The notes below the pieces were generated by a model. It saw nothing but the letters and a program-made list of their open reading frames with translations. It did no database searches and was not told where the DNA came from. 64,000 bases of DNA from Antechinus flavipes (lineage: Eukaryota): the NCBI RefSeq assembly GCF_016432865.1, contig NC_067403.1, positions 263,810,001 to 263,874,000 of the forward strand. Reading direction: 5' to 3'. Positions within the stretch are counted from its first letter, which is position 1. Each line of letters opens with the position of its first letter. A program made the position numbers and the translations under genes. Positions 45,101 to 54,885 of this stretch are shown piece by piece.

Positions 45101-48100
45101 CCCTCGGCGGCCAGCCCGGGCCGGCTGTGCCCATCAGCCCCTTTTTGCCCAGGTGGTGACGGCCGAGGCGCTGATGATGGATCTGAGTGACGAGTCCCTG
45201 GAGGAGAAAACTGCGGAGGTAAAGCTGAGGGGGGAGCGGGGGGAGGGGGGCTCCGGCCGGGGCCCTGCCCGTGGCAGGCCCCGGCCCCAACTCTGGCTCT
45301 CTCAGGGGCACCACTTCAGCCTGGAGGACGTGGACTGGAACAGTGTCGCGAAGCGGTACCCCAACCTGTTCCAGGACCTTTACCAAAAAACCAGGTACGG
45401 CCCCTGGGGGTGTCAGGTTGGGCCCCCCCACCTCCCTCGAGGGTAACCAGGACTCCGGGCGTCCCCTCGCCTGCCCCGCAGGCCCACCTCCGCCCACGCG
45501 CTGGACCTTTCGGACCTCTCGGACCTCCCGGAGCCCCATCTGGAGAAGTCCGGCTCCCAAAAGAATGTCGACTGGAAGATGCCCAGCAGCTGCCTCAGCT
45601 CCACGGCCTCCAGCTCAGAGGGGACCACCACCAGACACAGCAGCACGCCCTCGTCCATGGTCTCGGACCTGAGCCCCTCCCTCACCTTGCCCACCCAGGA
45701 GCAGGAGGGCAGCAGCTCTGGTGAGCTCTGGGCTGCCTGGGGGAGGAGGGCGGGCATGGGCGGAGGCTGACTCGGGCGTTGCCGGACAGGGACCCAAACC
45801 GCCATGGAGGTCTGGAGACCCAGGGTGCACATGGACAGCTGCAGCAGCAACAGGATTGCGGTGATGGGCATCGGCTCGGCCAGGCTGGGCTCTGTCCCCA
45901 GCTCCTTCCGGGACCACCGGGGGTGAGAAGCGTGGAAGGGCTGGGGCCGGAGGGGGGAGGGGGAAGGTGGGCCGGGGGCGGGGCTAGAGAACCGGGCTGG
46001 TCCCGGGCCCCCCCATCCCCACTGGGCCTGCTCTGTTCTCCAGGAGGAACAGCTTTGGCTCCCCCTTGAGGATCGTGAAGATTGACAAACGGGGCAAGTT
46101 TATCCGGGTGCTCAACGAGTCTCTGGAGGAGAGCCTGGACATCAGCGGCTTCGTCCTCAAGCAGCTCATCCACCAGTTCCCCGTGTGCGTGTACCGCTTC
46201 CCCAAGGACACGCTGCTGGGCCCACAGCACCACGTCACGGTCGGTCCCCCGGGAGAGCCCCCGCCCGTGTGAGGGAGGGCCCCCAGCAGGAGGTTCAGAG
46301 GCAAAGCTCCGTCCCTTCCCCCTGCCCCAAAGCCCCGCTGCGAGGCCTTGGGCCTGAGACCTTTGGTCAGACTGAGGCCGGACCAGACTGAGGCTCAGTG
46401 GAGGATGGGGGGAGCCCATTCCCTGAAGCCACAGATGGGCATCACGGGGCAGGCCGTGTGACTTTGTGAGGGAGGCCCCCTTCTGGCCTCTGAGGTACCT
46501 GAAAGGACCCTGGAAGCAAGCAGAGGCTGGTGGCCCTGTGGTCCCTCCTTGTGTCTGCTGATGGGGGGGAATCAGTGGCGGGGGGGGGAGGCTGGCACAC
46601 CTGGCAAGTACTTGGGCAGGGCACAGAAATCCCAGAGCTTGGAGCTACAGCTGGGGATGCCGTGGGCGAGGGCGGGCAGTCCTTCCCTCCTTCACATCCC
46701 AGAGTGCCGCAGGGCTGGGGGCAGGAGGATGCCAGATGTGGGTACGAAGAGGGGAGGCGGGCAGGCGGGACCGGGGTCGGGGCTCTTCCTTTCCTGGCCC
46801 CAAGCAGCGCAGTGGCTAAAGCTGTGAGTATGTGACTGACTGGCTCCAGGTCAAGGCTGGGGAGGGCGGCGGCGCAGGCCGGAGTGGCTCTGATTTAGGG
46901 AGGAGGGAGCCAGGAGTGGAGCAGGTCAGAGAGGGCTCGGGGGAGACACTGAAGGTCCCACCCACTCGGCCTGTGTGGACAGCAAGAGAAGGGAGATGGA
47001 GAGGGGCGGCCTCCCCAGAGGAAGGCTGCGGCTCAGGCCCAGGCTCCAGCTCGCTCCCTGCCGCCCTGCTGCTGGCTCTGTCCTTTCAGGCCCTTCTGGT
47101 CCGCAGACCCGGTGCTGGGCTCGGTGCCCGACAGAAGGGGAGCCCTGCCTCCTGCTGCTGCTCCCCAATCTCTGGGCCTCCGGGGAGCCGGCCCGGCCCT
47201 GGGTGGGCCAAGAGCTGCTGCTTCCTTTGCTGCCGTCGCCTTCTGGCCGGCACCCAGATCCACAGCGCTCTCCTGGGGGACAGATTCTCTTCTCTTCCAT
47301 GGCCAGTGGAGGGCATTGAATCCTCCCAGTTCCTCATTTCTCCTGGAGCTGGTGACGGGCCAGCGGATCGCCCAGGCAGCCTCCACCCCATTTCCCCCAG
47401 TACATAGGTCTTTCCCCTTGGAAGAGAAGGGGAAGCAAGGGGGGGGGGTCTCTGGAGAGTCCTTTTCCCCAAGCCATGGTCTTTGAATCCTTCCAGGGCA
47501 TCCTCCCACCCCTCCCCCCTCCTTCTGGCCAACTCCTTCCCAGCTGGAGCCTGATACCAGGCTTGCCCGCCTGAGGCGCTGACCTTTCTGGCCACCCTTC
47601 TCTCTCCAGAACATGCCCTCCTTCCAGCACCAGGACTCTTAGCAGAAGGAAAGGAGGGATTTCCCGAGTCTGAAGGTTTCCTGAATTCGGGTTTCCCGAA
47701 TTAGATTCCCAGGAGCCTTCACTCCCTTGGGTTCCTGCTTCCCAGGCCTTTATCTGCATCTTGGGAAAGGATTCTCCCCAGAGCTGCTGAGAGTCCCAGA
47801 TTTCACCTTTCTCTTCTGAATTTCAGGCCACCTCTGCCCTCAGGACTAGGCGCTGAAGTGCCAGCACTTAAATCAACTGGCTTTTTTGGATATCTCCTAA
47901 TTTTCCCCCATTGTTGTTCCTCCTGCCCATTATAGAAAATCTTTTCTTAAATGGTTTTCTTTTAAAAAGACAAAAACAAAAAGGGGGGGCAGCTAGGTGG
48001 TGCAGTGGATAGCACCAGCCCTGAAGGAGGACCTGAGTTCAAATTTGGCCTCAGGCACTTATAATACATCCATTTCCCCCCCCCCCCATGTTACCTTAGG

Positions 48101-51100
48101 CAAGGCACTTAACCCCACTTGCCTCAGTGAGGAAAATACCCAAGAGGAAGTTAGGGGAATCCCCCCCTCACAACTGAGAAATACATTGAGAAACCTGGCT
48201 TGCTACCTGTGTTGCTCTTCCCAGGACCTCTTCCGAAGAGAGTGGGGTGAGGCAGATTCTCCTAGCTCCTCTTCAGAGCTTCCCCACAGACATTGCGCCA
48301 GTCCGGGAGTTCTGAGGGAAAGAGAGTGTGAATGCATTGGGGAACATATCGGCTTTTGAAATGCGTTCAGTTCAAAATATCCGAAAGACCCAGATTAAAG
48401 TGGAGATGGGGACGTAGATCTGGGAGTCACGATTAACAGACACTCTTACTAAAGCCATGGGAACTCATGGGCTCCCTGAGAGACTAAAGAGAAGAGAGTC
48501 TTAATGGCGTAAACTCACACCTGAGGGAGAGAAGAATGATGGATGATGCAAGCAAGGAGACTGAAGAGGAGGGATGAAAATCCATAGGAAAAACATCTGA
48601 GCTAGAAGGCATCAGCAGTGTCAGAAGCAGCCAATGAGAAGCAGTCTCCAGGAGAGGCCATCTTCTCCATTGGGAGAGCACAGTTAACTTTGGACAGAGC
48701 AGTTTCCATCCTTAAGCATTTTACAAAATATGTAGGTTTGGCCAACATTTATCGGGCACCTACTAGCCACTGAGATTACACAGGCTAAGGAGAGGCTGGG
48801 TCGGCAATCTGCCATCACCATAATGAATGGGCTAAGTAAATGAGCTACTTAAGAATTTTCCTATAATCTTATCACAGTTCATTTGAAAAGATTATAGGAT
48901 GTTTGTCCATTGAGAGAAGGGAGATGGATTCCACACAGGAGATATCTTGTGATTAGTAGAAGAGCCCAAATTATACCTCCAGGTCCACACACTCCATCAC
49001 TCTGGAGATGTGGAGTACAGTGGCAGGCAGGAGAACCTCAGCTAAGCCCCCAGAGAAAGTTGCTTGAAGATTTCTCAGGTGACACTGAATTCTAGAGAAA
49101 ACGAGCTCTTAGTGACTTGGGCCAGTGTAGACCTGATAGCAATAGCAATAGGTTTTGGAAATGGCAGGAGCAGCAACTTTACTGATCTTGGGAGCAATAC
49201 AGAGTCACAGAGAACTCTCAAAGTGAAAATAGCTCAGCCCAGTCAACCCTAGCCCTGCCCATGGACTCCTCCAGCAGAGATAACTCACCTTGAGAAGAGC
49301 TTGTCCTGGAAATGGACTGATCCATCCCTGATACTGGAGCTGGTGGAAGGCTTTGAATAGTAGGCAGATGGTTTTTTTCCTTTGGCCTTCCTCTCCATGA
49401 TTCATTCCAGTGTCATGCTTCCATTTGTCCCCCAAATAATTTTTCTGTTTTGTCCTCCCTGGCTGATCTGGAGAAGGCTCCCAGAAGCAATAATTTTGTG
49501 GGGTCGTCATCCATAGATCTTCACCAAATATCCCTTGTGTGAATCAAATCTCTGCTATGGGCCCCATCTCACCATGTCTACTCAACATTAATGATACGCA
49601 AATCATTACTTGGCAATGGGCAAATGCACATAGGTTCCATTCAGACTGGCCTGGACCCATTTAGCAAAGCACTCTGGAGGCAGTATTAAGTAAGTGTAAG
49701 TCACTGTATACAACTCACAGCTTTCAGGCTCCTGAGGACACCATAAGAGACTGTCAAATGTAGGCTGACATTCAGGTGTACTATGTGCACACAATTCCCC
49801 AATCAGTCATTGACAACACCATCTCACTCAGGGAAGTGATCTCATAAATGCAAACAAGCCCTTTCACTGCAGAAATTGGAGTAAGTGTACCGTCCAGCAG
49901 CCCACTGAAGAGAAACTGCCTAGAGAGTGTGGAGGAGGAGAGGCCTTTGTTCTGGATTTGTCTTCTCAGTTTCTCCCAAAACTCTGAGCAGATCATTGTT
50001 GAAGGGTCTGGAAGATGTTGGCTTTCCCATCTCCCTGAGATTGCCCAGCCCCTGCCCCCAGGTTATTGGATGAGCAGCTCTGGGGGCACAGGACGAACTT
50101 GCTACAGAGTTGTCTGACAAAGACCATGTCTAAGGGGAAGGGAGCAATTTCATTTCTGCAGCATCTCTGGTCGATTTTGTCAGCATCTCTGGTCAGTTTC
50201 GCCTCTGCCACATTTCTTGTTGGTCTCGCCTTCGCGGCGTCTCTGGTCAGTTTCGCCTCTGCCACATTTCTTGTTGGTCTCGCCTTCGCGGCGTGTCTGG
50301 TCAGTTTCGCCTCTGCCACATTTCTTGTTGGTCTCGCCTTCGCGGCGTCTCTGGTCAGTTTCGCCTCTGCCACATTTCTTGTTGGTCTCGCCTTCGCGGC
50401 GTGTCTGGTCAGTTTCGCCTCTGCCACATTTCTTGTTGGTCTCGCCTTCGCGGCGTCTCTGGTCAGTTTCGCCTCTGCCACATTACTTGTTGGTCTCGCC
50501 TTCGCGGCGTCTCTGGTCGGTTTCGCCTCTGCCACATTACTTGTTGGTCTCGCCTTCGCGGCGTCTCTGGTCAGTTTCGCCTCTGCCACATTTCTTGTTG
50601 GTCTCGCCTTCGCGGCGTCTCTGGTCAGTTTCGCCTCTGCCACATTACTTGTTGGTCTCGCCTTCGCGGCGTGTCTGGTCGGTTTCGCCTCTGCCACATT
50701 TCTTGTTGGTCTCGCCTTCGCGGCGTCTCTGGTCAGTTTCGCCTCTGCCACATCTCTGGTTGATTTCACTTCTGCAGTCTCTCCAACATGCCCTCTTCTT
50801 TCTAATATTGCCCCTACTCTGAAGCATCTCTCCATTACCTTGGCCTGAACTATTGTAATAGCTGGCGGGGTGGGGGGAGGTCTGCCTGCTGCAGTCTCTC
50901 CCTATTCCAGTCCATCCTCCAGTCAGCCACTAAAGTCACCTCCCTAAAGTTCAGGTGAGAGACCATGTTCCCCTTTGCCTCTATTCCAATCACCAATTCA
51001 GTAAATTCCAGTGGCTTTCTAAAACCTTTAGGGTCAAACATACAACCCTCTGCTTGACTTGTACAGCCCATCACACATCCTACCTTGGTAGTTTTTTCAC

Positions 51101-54100
51101 AACTAGTCTTACATTTCTGTCCCTCATGTACTCTGCTCCCCATCTCCTCATACATCTCCTCTTGCACAGGAAGGCAATCTCTCAGCATCTTGGCCTCTTG
51201 GCTTTTTTCATGTTTCAGTTAAAAACCCATCTTCCAACGAAAGCTTTCTTCTAGCATTTTCCCTTTGTAGATTTTATCTATTATTTATTTTGTATCTGCA
51301 GGTTGTCTTCCCCCTCAGACTATGAGCTCCCTGAGGGCAGGGACCTAATTTTTTATTTTCTTTGTATCCCAGTCTGCCCCCAATGCATCTTTGTATTCCT
51401 TAAGCACAGTGCTTGGCACATAGTAGATGCTTAATAAATGCCAGTTGACTGATGACTTTTTGTGGGTCCTGGAAATGTTAAAAGCAATCTACAAATTAAT
51501 CCATAGGATTTAGAGAATCATCAACTTCATCTAGTACCACTTCAAATCTATCCATATTTCCAGTGTTAAGGAATACCCATTGTCCTTGATGATGGTGTAT
51601 CAGAATAAGAAATGTCCCCTCCTGGGCCATGCCCCCAACTTGCATTGAAGGTTGTATCTCTTTAGAGTGACTTGCTACTTTGTATTCAAGGAATATACTA
51701 TGGGTATCACTTATACTGTGACAACTCACAAGCCCCTTCTGGTTTCTCTACATTCAGCCAGTAGATACAATTATGTCTTAGCATGGACATTTCTAAGACA
51801 TAGTAAGAACAAAGTTAACAAAATTCTTCACCACCCCATCCTCAGTGAACCTGGATGCTCTTTCTCACAAAGGCAGCATCTGTGGAAAGAGTGAGCACAA
51901 ACTTAGGCAAACACAGATGGAATATATGGTTAGGGTAACTCACAAATCTATTGACCCTTAGTATCCTTTCTCTTCTCATGGAGACATCACAGGGCTCCTC
52001 TTTGGGGCTCTCCTCTCCTTAATGTTAGCTTCAACTATTTCTTGGGATTCTTGTCTACTGCCAATCTCATGTCTAAATCTGACATGATACTGTGTGTCCC
52101 TGTTTTGCTGGCACCTATCAAGGAAGGAATGCTCAAACTAAGGGATAGGGTACCTCCTGGGAGAGTAGCTCCCTCCTAGATGCTCCGTTTGATTGGGAAG
52201 AAAAGAGACATTCCCCCTTCTCTTCCTGTAAAAGTGAAGAGTTGGGTCCTTCCCTGACTACTGCAGACCCTTCCCACTACTCAGATAAAGAAAGGTATCA
52301 CACTTCCCAAAGCAAGATCACTGGCATGACATCTCAGGAACACCTGGTCATCTGTATTGACCTTCTGGGATGTTAAATCCTCCTCCTGAGCTTGAAAAGG
52401 GGGATGAACACTTCCCCTTACTCTTAAAACAGAACATAAGGCAAATAGTTCAGTGTTACCTTTAAACCAGAAGTACAAGGCTACATCCATCCTGGAGAAT
52501 TTAACTCATGATCCACTCATTCTGTACTCAGCCCTCCCCCTGCTCGGCTCCCCCACCTATAAGCACAAAAGAGTTGAGCTTGCCTCTTCATCAGAGGGGG
52601 AGTGAGAGGAAGTGCTGTAGCTTGTGACTCGGCTCTTCTGAGTGACCCCACTAGCCATGACCCCTCTCGGTCCCTTCCCTTTCTGCTGCTGATGTCCAGA
52701 TGTATTTCTTCCCTCTATCTGCGTCTCTCCAGACTGTGACTTGCTAGCCGCTAATCATGGGTAGGTGGCCATACTTGGAGCCATCAAATAGGCGTTTGGG
52801 GGATATAGTTCCCCAAAAGGACTCTAAGCAGACTCCTGTTCCTGTGAGCATTCTGGTAAGAGCACCCCGCAAGGAACACAATGACCCCAAAGCTTCAGGC
52901 TCTTAGCCGGGTGGGGTTCTCGGGTCCAGAACCCCTCTGGCTTCCAGTGTAATTGCCGTCTCACCTCATGCTGACCTCACCCTCTCCCAAGTACCTCCCT
53001 CTGTCTTCTCCATTGTTGAGTATTTACTACTAAGGAGAGTGTGTCCTAAGAGAGCATATCCTCTCTCATGGGCCGGCCTAGGGGGTGGGGACTGGTCTGA
53101 CAGGACTCTTGGGACAGGTGTGGGGTGAAGGGGTCAGCCTGACGAAGAAGCACGTGCCCCAGACACAAAGGCAGCTGATCCATTTTTACACCAACCCTGG
53201 CTGTGTCACCCTCCTGCTGAACCCCAAGGGACAGGTGAGTGGCAGGGGGCCCCAGGAGGGAAGGTTTGGGTGCCCAGGAGCCTGGCCACCATGAGTCTGG
53301 GGACACTTCTGTGGGCAGGGTAGCTGCAGCCCCTCTCCTGGAGGGACCAGGTGACCAGTCAGTCCTGCAGGTGATGAGCGAGTACCAGGCACAACACTTT
53401 GTGACTGAGGCCTCCAAGTCTTTTGATGATCACACGGACGTGTCTATCGACCGCTATCCCCTTCCTGAGGCTGAGGGAGAGAGGTCCCAGGAGGGCCCAG
53501 ACCTTGGGAGCAAGAGCTACCGCCGGCAGTCCCAGATCCGAAGAAAGAGCAGGATTTCGGGCCCCCCCCACAGCCTCGACAGTCAGCCTGGGACCTACAG
53601 AAGCAGGTGCGCTGTGGGAAGCGGGGAGGGTTTGCTCAAGCTTTGCCAGATTCCCACTTTCCCCTTCTGCTACCCCCTCACTGATTCCCATCCCCTCCTT
53701 TTGTCAGCCTCTTCTCACTCCCGTTTGTTGTCCCCTCTCAGGCCCTTGATCCCCATCCCCAGCCACAACATCTCCAAGAGCTTTGGCCAGCAGGAGGCTA
53801 GGGAGGCCAGGATCTCCAGGCAGTCTCTTCATGGCACTATGATGCCACTTCCCAGCATTCCAGGTGCCTGCCGCCCAGGAGCCCCCCTCCTCCTCCCCCT
53901 CCCCCTCCTTGCTTGTCCCTCCAGCCTCATGCACTGTTGGCTATGACTCCCAGATCTCCCTTCCTGGCCATGGGACGTGGGGGCTGGGGGCTAGGGAGTG
54001 AGGGATGGGGGAGTCGCGGACTGACCCTCGTGCTGGGGAACCAGTAAACTGACCCTCACGCTGTCCCTTTATTCTCCCCAAACAGAGCTGGCGCAGCTGC

Positions 54101-54430
54101 CAAACATTGGCAAGAAGATGCAGGAGAAGGGGGTTTCTGTGAGTGTGAGAGCTGAGAGCTTGGGGGCACGTGGGTATCTGCTCAAGGCTCCATGGAGGGG
54201 GACCCCACGACCCAGGGAATGGGGGAGTGTGTGCCCCGGCAGCCCCCGCCATCACTCCTCTCTCCACTCAGAAAGGGAACCATTTCCTGCCACCGCGGAT
54301 CTGCAGGAAGTTCGTGGACGTGGACTGTCCCATGGTGGCCCTGAGTGTTCAGAAGACCTCGGAGAGCAGATTTGGGATGAAGCATCTGAGTTATCTCCCC
54401 ATTACCACAGAGCTGAGGGAGCCTCTGTGA
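42108..54430 (+). CDS. LMNTD2: Lamin tail domain-containing protein 2 (C11orf35), ~702 aa
   Basis: Exons 42108-42163, 42403-42648 (these first two are tentative), 42929-43081 (HLDPRVLRLLLAQRELEIQGLR), 43175-43262, 43598-43753 (SCLLHLARSSWAGRVLRSQTGSVE), 45153-45218, 45306-45394 (LEDVDWNSVAKRYPNLF), 45482-45720, 45790-45922, 46044-46239 (lamin tail domain KFIRVLN...YRFPKDTLLGPQHHVT), 53118-53234, 53371-53606, 53742-53863, 54086-54138, 54272-54430 (CRKFVDVDCPMVALSVQKTSESRFG). Total 2109 nt in frame. Confidence 0.9.
43300..43590. repeat. ~29-bp C-rich minisatellite (ggcccgaagcccacccctccctccccggc), LMNTD2 intron
   Basis: Directly visible. Confidence 0.92.
47984..48128 (+). mobile_element. Marsupial tRNA-derived SINE (WSINE1-like)
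   Basis: ggggcagctaggtggtgcagtggatagcaccagccctgaag...ggaggacctgagttcaaat...cacttaacccc...gcctcag; A and B boxes are visible. Confidence 0.85.
48340..48720. mobile_element. LINE-2 relic
   Basis: gtagatctgggagtca...gccatgggaactcatggg pattern typical of L2 relics; recalled similarity only. Confidence 0.5.
50178..50760. repeat. 54-bp (2 x 27-bp) tandem array, ~10-11 highly homogeneous copies
   Basis: Unit ctctggtcagtttcgcctctgccacatttcttgttggtctcgccttcgcggcgt, with 5 CpG per unit. Confidence 0.97.
50760..51455 (+). mobile_element. LINE-2 3' portion
   Basis: Ends in a typical L2 tail: tatgagctccctgagggcagggac...gcacagtgcttggcacatagtagatgcttaataaatg...gttgactga. Confidence 0.75.
52091..52940 (+). 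mobile_element. Probable solo LTR
   Basis: TG start, CCAAT-like gattgg, TATA-like cctataag at ~52555, and LTR-like composition. The 3' boundary and target-site duplication are not resolved. Confidence 0.4.
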
Positions 54431-54634
54431 GGGGGGCAGGAGAGGGGGGGACACAGACATATACCACAATACATTCGCCTCGAGTAGCTGAGCAGCCTGT
54501 GGGGAGGCTCTGTGTGATTGGAGGGGGGAGGGGGGAGGTACAGCTAGGAGAAGTCCAGGGAGAGCTCTAGGTCGGGTGGGGGCGGGGAGGGCGGGGAGGC
54601 GGCCAGGAGCCAAAGCCAAACACTGGCTGCATAA

Positions 54635-54663
54635 TTTATTAACCAGTATTAAGTGAAAATAAA
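54635..54663. terminator. Back-to-back poly(A) signals: minus-strand AATAAA (54635-54640, LRRC56) and plus-strand AATAAA (54658-54663, LMNTD2)
   Basis: Seen directly between the two convergent genes. Confidence 0.75.
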
Positions 54664-54885
54664 GCACGTTACATTTCTGTCCAACCCAGAGTAGAGAATG
54701 ATTGAGAAAGATTCTGCCTTAGAGATGGAGGGTCTCTAAGCAAGCCCCTAGAATTAGGATCTGGCCCCCCACGAGGCTACGGTTGCCCCCCTACTTCCCT
54801 ATTGCAGGACTCCTGGGTGCAGCGGGGACGCCCTGACCCCGACGGGGCCACTAGCAGGCACTTATCCTGGCTGCTCCCTCCGCAG

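Noticed and set aside
47086-47595. 169-aa minus-strand ORF with GLGKR, resembling a neuropeptide cleavage site
   Set aside because: It has no signal peptide and no recognisable family; this is a chance motif in GC-rich DNA.
50178-50760. CRISPR-like regular repeat
   Set aside because: There are no unique spacers, this is a eukaryotic intron, and no cas genes are present. It is a plain tandem repeat.
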